Shown here one piece after another: positions 10,887 through 19,172 of a DNA stretch of 64,000 bases (position 1 is the first letter of the stretch; every line of letters begins with the position of its first letter). The translations under genes were made by a program, and so were the position numbers. This stretch comes from a virus (lineage: Duplodnaviria > Caudoviricetes), in IMG/VR virus record IMGVR_UViG_3300030095_005132, positions 30,233 through 94,232 of that record. One strand, written 5' to 3'. The notes under the pieces were generated by a model, which saw only the letters and a list, made by a program, of their open reading frames with translations, made no database searches and had not been told where the DNA came from.

Positions 10887-11558
10887 ATGGGATTTCTAAA
10901 CAACACTACTGTTACTGTAGATGCTATACTAACTAAAAAGGGTCGTGAATTGTTAGCACAAGGTACAGAAGCATTTAATATTACAAAATTTGCTTTATCG
11001 GATGATGAAGTTGATTACAATTTATGGGATGTAACACACCCAAATGGAAGTGATTACTATGGATCGGTAATTGAAAATATGCCACTTTTAGAGGCAATAC
11101 CAGATGAAAATCACGTCATGAGATATAAGCTTGTTACCCTTCCAAAAAATAGTATTAGAATGCCTGTGGTTTCTGTAAGTCCAGGATCGGTTACTTTCGG
11201 TGTAAGTGGTGGTTTAAATCAAGTATCACCGACAATCGAACCTTTAACTGCTAATGTTGCTGACGCTTCTTATACATTTATATTACACGATCAGTCTGTT
11301 TGTAGTATGACGGTACAAAATGCAGGTGGTGGATCGGTTGGTGCTACTACTCCATTCTTCTTAGGAGATGATGATGCACCAAATAGTAAAACTCTTGTTG
11401 CAGCTAGTGTAAAGGTTGGAGTTCTTCCACTACAGAATGCATCAGCTACTCAACTAACTGTCATAGGTAATGATACCGGCGCTACAAATTCCATAACCAT
11501 AACAAATAATGTAACACTTGCATCAATTGCTACGGTTGGTGGTGCTGGCGCTTTTTAA
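10887..11558 (+). CDS. baseplate-associated structural protein
   Basis: DAILTKKGRELLA..FNITKFALSDDEVDY N-terminus resembling tail-collar/baseplate N-domains; AGGAG SD. Confidence 0.6.
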   Translation: MGFLNNTTVTVDAILTKKGRELLAQGTEAFNITKFALSDDEVDYNLWDVTHPNGSDYYGSVIENMPLLEAIPDENHVMRYKLVTLPKNSIRMPVVSVSPGSVTFGVSGGLNQVSPTIEPLTANVADASYTFILHDQSVCSMTVQNAGGGSVGATTPFFLGDDDAPNSKTLVAASVKVGVLPLQNASATQLTVIGNDTGATNSITITNNVTLASIATVGGAGAF

Positions 11559-11577
11559 TAAATTAAAGGAGTAAAAG

Positions 11578-12633
11578 ATGGCAATCTATAAAGATTTTAA
11601 CATACAACCTGAAAACAGCTTGGTTTCAGGAGATGTAGTCACTAATGTAAAAGATACAGTTTCTTCAGGAATGTGGGCTGATGGGGATGGTAGTATGACT
11701 ACTTTCTTTACTTCATCTACTCAAAGTTCAAGCAATCATCAATATTATTTAGATGTTTACGCATCTAATCCACAAACTGATGCAACTGCTAAATCCCAAT
11801 TTTCAGTCGCTTTTGGTCACTTTGAGGGAAGTGGTTCTGTTGGTACTAAAGGTGTTGATGGAAATAGAGCATCTGCTGCTATATATAGGCAATTATCCAA
11901 TACTTTATTAGGACCAAATGAAGAGAAATTCTCATTTGCAGATTCTGGCGGAGATCACACAACTCCTTCTTATATCTATGCGATATCAATTGCTAGACAA
12001 CAACTTCGTGAGAAGATGGATCCAGGTAATTGGGAATTGCATTTAAGTGGTAGTGGAACATCAACGTTAAAATTAATTGACGATAGTGGTGCTACAACAA
12101 ATCCAACTGTAAATCAAGGTGGTAGGGTATTTAACATTGTTAGTGGTTCTATATCTGGTGGTACAGCAACAACAAAAACACCAGCTACTTCACAAGATGG
12201 TGGGGGATTTGGATTGTTTTATCCTGATATGGGATTAATGGTATTTAATGGACCTGTTTTAGCTGCACAAACATCTGCGTCATTATCAGCGTCTGTTGCT
12301 TCAAATACAGAGGGTGGAAACGTTGGTAAATTTTATGAAAAAATAGAAGGTGCTGGATATTTTGCTGCTAGAAGAGAAGAGGTGATAAGCTCTCAACATT
12401 ATTTCTGTAGAGTACCTAATAAAGAGTTTAATTTTAGTTCCAATCCTACTTTTACATCAGGTTCAAACGGAGACTTTACTGTTCCAACTTTCTTTAAAAA
12501 TCCAAAGTCTTTTATAACACAAGTGGGATTGTATAATGATAACAATGAACTCTTGGCTGTTGCTAAACTGAGTAAACCATTATTGAAAACTTATTCAAGG
12601 GAAGCTATAATCAAAGTTAAATTAGACTTTTAA
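11578..12633 (+). CDS. structural protein with C-terminal tail-collar fibre-like (DUF3751-type) motif
   Basis: C-terminal ITQVGLYNDNNELLAVAKLSKP; AAGGAG SD. Confidence 0.6.
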   Translation: MAIYKDFNIQPENSLVSGDVVTNVKDTVSSGMWADGDGSMTTFFTSSTQSSSNHQYYLDVYASNPQTDATAKSQFSVAFGHFEGSGSVGTKGVDGNRASAAIYRQLSNTLLGPNEEKFSFADSGGDHTTPSYIYAISIARQQLREKMDPGNWELHLSGSGTSTLKLIDDSGATTNPTVNQGGRVFNIVSGSISGGTATTKTPATSQDGGGFGLFYPDMGLMVFNGPVLAAQTSASLSASVASNTEGGNVGKFYEKIEGAGYFAARREEVISSQHYFCRVPNKEFNFSSNPTFTSGSNGDFTVPTFFKNPKSFITQVGLYNDNNELLAVAKLSKPLLKTYSREAIIKVKLDF

Positions 12634-12651
12634 GCTTGGGAGATATAGGTC

Positions 12652-13626
12652 ATGTTTAAAAGGCTAGACCCAAGAGACATTAATGTAACGCCATTCAAGG
12701 CTTATAAACAGTTTAATGTTACTAATGTAGATAGTGGTAGTGGTGTATATGGTTTTAGAGCTGTAAGTGCGAGTATATACAATTTTGATACCGATAATGC
12801 TCAAAAAACAACCTTTGAATCTGCTAGTTTTTATTACATTCCAACCTGGTTTATGTTAAATCATATGTACTATCGTGATACTGAAAATAATTTCAATAAT
12901 TTCGGACAAAATAATGGTAAACAATATAGATTATTACAACCATCTGCTTCTGTAATATCAGTTCCTAAAGATTTATATGGAGAAAGAATAAAACCAAAGT
13001 CTATTGTACTGAAAGATGATAGCTCATCTTCAACAGTTACAATTGTAGATGATGGTAATGGTAACCTTTTTGATAATAGTTTATCATCTAGTTTTGCTGA
13101 TTTTGCTGCTAGTGGATTTAATGATGAAAATATAATTCAGTCTACTGCTAGCTTTGCTGGTAATGTATTTTACGAACAAGGAGTTTTAGTATTTACAAAT
13201 ACTGGATCTAAGTTTGTAGATGTTGGAACTGGACTGGGTACTGATGGGTATGATTTAGAATATAAAGCGCAAGTTACATTAAGAGAACATTCATATACTT
13301 GTATAGTAGGTGAAGGTGAGTTGAATAGTACTAATAATATATCAGTAACTACTGATAGGAGTGGTAGCATAAGTGTCTCAGGCTCACATAGTTGGAAACT
13401 TTTTCCACCTGGCCATGCAGCTGCTAAGTCAGGCTCATATAAACATTATTACGGGCAATCTCCTACATTTAATAATTTCGTGACACATTCTGAGTTTCAG
13501 CCATATATAACAAAAGTAGGATTGTATAATGACTTTAATGAATTAATAGCTATTGGTCAATTATCACATCCTATAAAAAATGATGAGGAGTTAGCTTTGG
13601 GTATTCAAGTGAGGTTTGATGTATAA
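12652..13626 (+). CDS. structural protein, paralogue of 11578..12633
   Basis: C-terminal ITKVGLYNDFNELIAIGQLSHP, and a central G-x-x-FY-x2-G segment shared with the upstream gene. Confidence 0.6.
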   Translation: MFKRLDPRDINVTPFKAYKQFNVTNVDSGSGVYGFRAVSASIYNFDTDNAQKTTFESASFYYIPTWFMLNHMYYRDTENNFNNFGQNNGKQYRLLQPSASVISVPKDLYGERIKPKSIVLKDDSSSSTVTIVDDGNGNLFDNSLSSSFADFAASGFNDENIIQSTASFAGNVFYEQGVLVFTNTGSKFVDVGTGLGTDGYDLEYKAQVTLREHSYTCIVGEGELNSTNNISVTTDRSGSISVSGSHSWKLFPPGHAAAKSGSYKHYYGQSPTFNNFVTHSEFQPYITKVGLYNDFNELIAIGQLSHPIKNDEELALGIQVRFDV

Positions 13627-14153
13627 TGGGTAAGTTTAAAAAAATGATGGAAGTAACTTCTGTAAAAGAAAGTACAACTTCAACTAGTTCTCCAGGTCCA
13701 AAAGGATATGCCGCTTTTCTAAAAGACTCTGATGAATTTAAAAAGAAAAACAAGAGTATGGCTTCTTTTTATAAAAAAGCTATGGGTTATTTACTTGTAG
13801 AAAGAATAGACTATTTAGACACCGCAAAACAGATGGTTAAAAAATATGGTTTAAAATCTAAAGTAAAAATAGGTTCTGGTAAAAACTTTGGTGAGTATGT
13901 GCCTGAAACTGATACTTTAACATTAAGACCATCTTACAAATCAACCAAAGACTTTCTGATGACAGTTCTGCACGAAATAGGACATGCACTTGATTCTAAA
14001 AGACTAGGTAAAATAAAGTTTATGAAAAAATACACACAGGCTGGCACAATGGCTGCTTATGATGGATTAGATCCTCACGATGATAATAAGTGGGAAGAGA
14101 AAGCTGAAAGATTTGCTAAAAAAGAAATAAAAAAATATTTGTATAATAAATAA
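13626..14153 (+). CDS. zincin-like metallopeptidase (HExxH)
   Basis: TVLHEIGHALD plus a downstream WEEKAERFA third-ligand helix, as in ImmA/IrrE-type small zincins. Confidence 0.7.
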   Translation: MGKFKKMMEVTSVKESTTSTSSPGPKGYAAFLKDSDEFKKKNKSMASFYKKAMGYLLVERIDYLDTAKQMVKKYGLKSKVKIGSGKNFGEYVPETDTLTLRPSYKSTKDFLMTVLHEIGHALDSKRLGKIKFMKKYTQAGTMAAYDGLDPHDDNKWEEKAERFAKKEIKKYLYNK

Positions 14154-14264
14154 TTTCTGTATATATATTATTATGTTAACATACAATTTGGTTATTGAAA
14201 AATTCTTGATAGGTTTTTTAATAAGAAATCTTTGCCCTGAAGTACCAAATATTAATTTAACTAA

Positions 14265-14310
14265 TAACAAGTAACAAGTATAACAAGTACAAGTATAACA
14301 AGTACAAAGT
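14265..14310 (+). repeat. short tandem repeat of ACAAGTA (5 copies plus a variant)
   Basis: taacaagtaacaagtataacaagtacaagtataacaagtacaaagt read directly. Confidence 0.85.
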
Positions 14311-14318
14311 AATTAATT

Positions 14319-14675
14319 ATGAAATCAAGAAGTGCTAAAAATAAAGGTAAAAGACTTCAAAACAATATAAGAGATCTTTTATTAGAAACATTTAATCAAT
14401 TAGAGCCCGATGATGTTCGTTCAGCTATTATGGGTGAACAAGGAGAAGATATTAAATTATCTCCAGCAGCTCGTAGACTCATACCTTATTCATTTGAGTG
14501 TAAGAATCAAGAAGCATTGAATATATGGTCATCACTACAACAAGCAGAAGAAAATAGTGGTGATTACGATCCTGTTTTGATATTTAAAAGAAACAGAAGT
14601 AAAACATATGCAGTTATTAACATAGAAAAATTTATAGAACTAATAAATGAATCAAATAGTAAATCTACTAAATAG
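14319..14675 (+). CDS. PD-(D/E)xK nuclease, Holliday-junction-resolvase-like (T5 D14-like)
   Basis: SAKNKGKRLQ..GEDIKL..SFECKNQE..PVLIFKRNR pattern. Confidence 0.75.
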   Translation: MKSRSAKNKGKRLQNNIRDLLLETFNQLEPDDVRSAIMGEQGEDIKLSPAARRLIPYSFECKNQEALNIWSSLQQAEENSGDYDPVLIFKRNRSKTYAVINIEKFIELINESNSKSTK

Positions 14676-15588
14676 AGTAATAGGAAATAGAGGGAGACAA
14701 TTAAAGAAAGCCAATGAGTACATGTATTGGTCTCCGTTTACCTCACACCATAAACCTAAATTACAAATAAATACACAAACTCAGAAATGGCATTGTTGGG
14801 TTTCAAATCAAGGTGGTCATAAACTTTATCAGCTATTTAAAAAATTAAAAGCTAGTAAAGAGCAATTTGATGAACTTACAGAGCTTGTGGGTGGATTCCA
14901 ATCACTATCATCAAATCGTGAGAAAGTCAAGAGAAATATTGTAAGATTACCAAAAGAATTTAAGCCGCTTTGGAAAAATGGTTCTAGTATAATTGGTAGA
15001 CACTCAAAAGCATATCTCAATAACAGAAATGTTTCTAGTGGGGATATTCTTCGATATGGGATAGGTTATTGTGAAGATGGTATATATGCTAACCGTACCA
15101 TTGTACCTTCCTATAACAGCGAAGGAGAGCTTAATTATTTTGTCGGTAGAGACATATACAATGGTGGTATGAAATATAAAAATCCACCTGTATCTAAGGA
15201 TGTTATTGGATTTGATTTATTTATCAATTGGGATGAGCCGATTGTATTATGTGAGGGTGTTTTTGATGCGATGGCTATAAAAAGAAATGCTGTTCCTTTA
15301 TTTGGTAAAACTATACCGAAATCTCTTATGAAAAAAATATACGAAAAAAAGGTTAAGAAGATATATATATTATTAGATAGGGATGCTGTTAAAGATGCTA
15401 TAAAAATAACAGATGATTTAACTAAAAATGGCATAGATGTTTATTTCGTAAGACTGTCGAAAGAAGATCCTTCAGATATGGGATTTAAAAGAGTTATTAA
15501 TCTCATAAAAGAAACTAAACAAACTTCTTTCTCTGATTTAATGAGGATGAAATTAAATGGTAAAAAAAGAAAATATTTGGAAATTTAA
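14647..15588 (+). CDS. DNA primase (DnaG-type, Toprim)
   Basis: IVLCEGVFDA and LLDRDA Toprim motifs, KYKNP, EDPSD; N-terminal degenerate Zn-binding region. Confidence 0.88.
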   Translation: MNQIVNLLNRVIGNRGRQLKKANEYMYWSPFTSHHKPKLQINTQTQKWHCWVSNQGGHKLYQLFKKLKASKEQFDELTELVGGFQSLSSNREKVKRNIVRLPKEFKPLWKNGSSIIGRHSKAYLNNRNVSSGDILRYGIGYCEDGIYANRTIVPSYNSEGELNYFVGRDIYNGGMKYKNPPVSKDVIGFDLFINWDEPIVLCEGVFDAMAIKRNAVPLFGKTIPKSLMKKIYEKKVKKIYILLDRDAVKDAIKITDDLTKNGIDVYFVRLSKEDPSDMGFKRVINLIKETKQTSFSDLMRMKLNGKKRKYLEI

Positions 15589-15778
15589 TGATGAAGAATG
15601 GAAGGTTCATTTTGATGATTCTGAGCTGCTCAAACTAGCAAAGAAAAAATTTAATTTGGGAAATTCTATGACTATTTATTATGAAAGTGGAAGTCTCTCC
15701 GAAGAAACTTCTTGGGATATTATAGTACCAAATAATAAAATCGATGAAGTTAAAAAATTCATAAAGGATAATTCTTGA
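15557..15778 (+). CDS. hypothetical protein
   Basis: 73-aa ORF bridging primase and SbcCD with overlaps at both ends. Confidence 0.6.
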   Translation: MVKKENIWKFNDEEWKVHFDDSELLKLAKKKFNLGNSMTIYYESGSLSEETSWDIIVPNNKIDEVKKFIKDNS

Positions 15779-18700
15779 TTAAAGAAAATGTTGTTAAAGT
15801 ACCTTTTCGTAAGTTAAAATATATTCACCACATATCTGATATACAAATCAGAAATTTAAAGCGACACACAGAATACGAAGAAGTGTTCAATCGTACATAC
15901 GAACAGGTAAAAAAACATAAAGATAATGCCGTAGTCTATATCGGTGGTGATATAGCACACTCTAAAACCGAAATGTCACCTGAGTTAGTCGACCAGCTCT
16001 CACGATTATTTAAGAATCTGGCAGACATCTGCCCTACGATTCTAATCGCAGGCAATCACGATTGTAATTTAAATAATCTTTCGAGAATGGATGTTCTTTC
16101 CCCAATTGTAAATAATCTACAACATAAAGATTTACATTACCTAAAACATAGTGGTGTGTATAAATGTGCTGATGTAAAGTTTGTTGTATGGGATGTATGG
16201 GAAAAGGAAGATGATTATATTGAAGCTAAGGATTTTGAGGGTGATACAAAGATAGTTCTCTTTCACGGAACAGTAGATAAGTCTGAAACAGATTTAGGAT
16301 TCTTTCTTCCATCGGATGTTAAGATTGCTAAATTTGATGGTTATGATATGGGATTGCTTGGAGACATTCACAAAAGACAGCATCTCAATAAAAAAGAGAC
16401 TATTTCTTACTGTGGTTCATTGGTACAACAGAACCACGGAGAAGGATTAAGTCATGGTTATCTACTATGGGATGTTCCGAAGAGAAAGTCTGAGTATATA
16501 GAGATACCGAATGACTACGGCTATTATACAATTAATATAGATGATGGTAAGGTGCCTGACTGTCCAGATATACCAAAAATGGCTAGGTTAAGAGTTAGGG
16601 TATCCAACACAACACCATCAAAATTAAAAAAAGCTATGAGCCTTATTCATAGTAAGTATGGTATAAAAGAAGTAACAGTTACAAAAACAGATTCTATAAA
16701 CTCCATTGAAAAAGTTAGAGGGCAGCACATATCGGTTGGTAATGTAAGGGATGCTGACTATCAATATAATCTAATAGAGGAATATCTAAAAACAAATCAC
16801 TTTGTAGACAAGCAAACTTTAATTGATATAAAAAAAATAAATGAAGAATTAAATGGAAGTTTACCAGAAGATAATGTAAATAGAGGAGTAAACTGGCAAG
16901 TTAAAAAGTTAGAATTTGATAATATGTTCTCATATGGAGAAGATAATGTTGTGGACTTTACTAAATTAAGTGGGATAGTTGGTATGTTTGCACCGAATGC
17001 TAGTGGAAAATCTTCTTTATTAGACGCACTTTCATTTTGTTTATTTGACAGATCTTCAAGAGCCTATAAAGCAGTAAATGTTCTAAATAATAAAAAAGAC
17101 TATTTTAGTTGTAAAGCTACCTTAGAGGTAGAGGGTATAGAGTATTTTATAGAAAGAAATGCTAAAAAACAAAAGAATGGTCATGTTAAGGTAAATGTAG
17201 ATTTTTATTCATTCTCTGATGATGGAGATAAAATATCTTTTAATGGTGACCAAAGAAGAACTACAGATGTAAATATTCGTAAGTTGATTGGAACTTATGA
17301 TGATTTTGTAATGACATCCCTTTCTTTACAGACTAACTCAACTGTATTTATTGATAAGACACAAAAAGAAAGAAAAGACTTGCTCGCACAATTTATGGGA
17401 ATTGGTGTATTTGACCAACTTTATACATTGGCTAGTGATGAAATACACGATGTATCTTCTCTACTAAAATCATTCAGTAATAATAACTACGATACGGAAT
17501 TAGCTAAAATAAAAGATTCTTTGGTTGGTATGAAGAAAGATTCTAAAAAGCTAACTTCAAATAAAAAAGAATTGGTTATTGATAAAAAACGTGAAGATAG
17601 AAAAATTATCAGTTTAACTAAGCAGCTTAGAAAAGTAGATGAAACTGCTGAAAGTTTAGATGTATTAGAAGAGAAAAAATTATCTTTAAATAGTGAACTA
17701 AAATCAACAGATGAAAAATTTGGTAAATTAAAAACATTATCTGAGCAATATAAAGTTGAAGAAACAGAATTAACAGAAAAAATTAAAATTTATAAAGAAA
17801 ATGAGGTGGATAAAAAGTTTGCTCAATTTGAACAATATAGTTTAGAAAAATCAAATCATCAAATTGAAATAGATAAATTAAAAATAGAAGTTCAGCACAA
17901 ATTAGACAAGATTGAAAAGCTTGGTAATTTAGAACATGACCCTGATTGTGATTATTGTATGAGTAATCCATTCACATTGGATGCTATAGAAACTAGAGAA
18001 AAACTAAATGAGGATAAAAATTTAGCAGACACTTTTCTAAGGAAATCATCTGATTTAGATAGTATAATAAATGGGTTATCTCACATTACCGCTCACAAAA
18101 AACAAATGGATTCTTGTATAAATGATTTTAATTTACTTACTTCTAATATCAGTAAGGTAGATAGTGAAAGAAAATTAACTACAGAAAAGAAAAAAAATCT
18201 AATAAGTCAATTAGCTATCATTGAGGATAAGATTAATATCTATCACGAACAAGAAAAGGATATTATTTATAATAAAGGTTTAGTGAATGATATAGAAAAT
18301 GCACAAAACAATTCTGATAATTTAGAAATCGAAATAGAAGAATTGGATAAAAAGCTTGGTTCTGTAAATGGTGAAATAAAGGTATTAGAAACTAATAGAA
18401 AAAACATTTTAACAAATATTAAAAAGGTAGAAGAGTTAGAAGGAAAGTATGCTGCTTATCAGTATTATATGGATGCAATCAAACGTGATGGTATTCCTTA
18501 TGAACTAATATCCAAAGCTCTTCCAACCATTGAGGGTGCTGTAAATGATATACTTTCTCAAATTGTAGACTTCTCTATGATATTGGAAATGGATGGTAAG
18601 AATGTAAATTGTTATATCGTTTATGATAATGACAATGTTTGGCCTCTTGAATTAAGTAGTGGTATGGAAAGATTTATATCTTCATTAGCTATGAGGGTTG

Positions 18701-18930
18701 GATTGATAAATGTATCCAATCTACCAGCAGCTAATTTTCTTGCAATAGATGAGGGGTGGGGTACTATGGACTCCGACAATTTAAACTCCGTATACAACCT
18801 ATTTCAGTACTTAAAAACGCAGTTTCAATTTACAATGATTGTTTCTCATATAGACTCTATGAGAGATGCTGTGGATACCTTATTAGAGATAAAAAAAGAA
18901 GATAATTTTAGTAACGTTTCTTTTGACTAA
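15775..18930 (+). CDS. fused SbcD/Mre11 (gp47-like) nuclease and SbcC/Rad50 (gp46-like) ATPase
   Basis: Metallophosphoesterase motifs HISDIQ, GGDIAH, AGNHD, FHG, GDIH; Walker A APNASGKS; coiled coil with CDYC zinc hook; LSSGMERF signature; AIDEG Walker B; VSH switch; TTG start. Confidence 0.92.
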   Translation: MIKENVVKVPFRKLKYIHHISDIQIRNLKRHTEYEEVFNRTYEQVKKHKDNAVVYIGGDIAHSKTEMSPELVDQLSRLFKNLADICPTILIAGNHDCNLNNLSRMDVLSPIVNNLQHKDLHYLKHSGVYKCADVKFVVWDVWEKEDDYIEAKDFEGDTKIVLFHGTVDKSETDLGFFLPSDVKIAKFDGYDMGLLGDIHKRQHLNKKETISYCGSLVQQNHGEGLSHGYLLWDVPKRKSEYIEIPNDYGYYTINIDDGKVPDCPDIPKMARLRVRVSNTTPSKLKKAMSLIHSKYGIKEVTVTKTDSINSIEKVRGQHISVGNVRDADYQYNLIEEYLKTNHFVDKQTLIDIKKINEELNGSLPEDNVNRGVNWQVKKLEFDNMFSYGEDNVVDFTKLSGIVGMFAPNASGKSSLLDALSFCLFDRSSRAYKAVNVLNNKKDYFSCKATLEVEGIEYFIERNAKKQKNGHVKVNVDFYSFSDDGDKISFNGDQRRTTDVNIRKLIGTYDDFVMTSLSLQTNSTVFIDKTQKERKDLLAQFMGIGVFDQLYTLASDEIHDVSSLLKSFSNNNYDTELAKIKDSLVGMKKDSKKLTSNKKELVIDKKREDRKIISLTKQLRKVDETAESLDVLEEKKLSLNSELKSTDEKFGKLKTLSEQYKVEETELTEKIKIYKENEVDKKFAQFEQYSLEKSNHQIEIDKLKIEVQHKLDKIEKLGNLEHDPDCDYCMSNPFTLDAIETREKLNEDKNLADTFLRKSSDLDSIINGLSHITAHKKQMDSCINDFNLLTSNISKVDSERKLTTEKKKNLISQLAIIEDKINIYHEQEKDIIYNKGLVNDIENAQNNSDNLEIEIEELDKKLGSVNGEIKVLETNRKNILTNIKKVEELEGKYAAYQYYMDAIKRDGIPYELISKALPTIEGAVNDILSQIVDFSMILEMDGKNVNCYIVYDNDNVWPLELSSGMERFISSLAMRVGLINVSNLPAANFLAIDEGWGTMDSDNLNSVYNLFQYLKTQFQFTMIVSHIDSMRDAVDTLLEIKKEDNFSNVSFD

Positions 18931-19081
18931 CAAGTAAATTCTTAGGTTTGCTCTCTCCCCTTTTAAGACTTAGTATATGCTGATTAAGTACTGCGCTCAT
19001 TGTGGTACTTTCTTCCCTAACATACACTCTAAACCAGTCTACTAATCCCTCTTCTATAGTAAATGAATATTTCTTTTTCAT
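18908..19081 (-). CDS. small ribbon-helix-helix-like DNA-binding protein
   Basis: MKKKYSFTIEEGLVDWFRVYVREESTTMSAVLNQHI fits the RHH strand-helix-helix pattern; GGAG 9 nt upstream of ATG 19081; the only convincing minus-strand gene. Confidence 0.65.
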   Translation of the reverse strand: MKKKYSFTIEEGLVDWFRVYVREESTTMSAVLNQHILSLKRGESKPKNLLVSQKKRY

Positions 19082-19110
19082 ACCGATAATCTCCATATAT
19101 TATACATATA

Positions 19111-19118
19111 ATAAATAT
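19111..19118 (-). promoter_or_regulatory. candidate promoter ATATTTAT facing the RHH gene
   Basis: ATAAATAT on the + strand, about 30 nt upstream of the minus-strand start. Confidence 0.45.
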
Positions 19119-19135
19119 TAAAATTTTTAATAATG

Positions 19136-19143
19136 ATATTTAT
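19136..19143 (+). promoter_or_regulatory. candidate late promoter ATATTTAT
   Basis: Same recurrent motif, 30 nt upstream of ATG 19173. Confidence 0.55.
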
Positions 19144-19172
19144 TAATGATATCAAACAATAGGAAATTCTTA

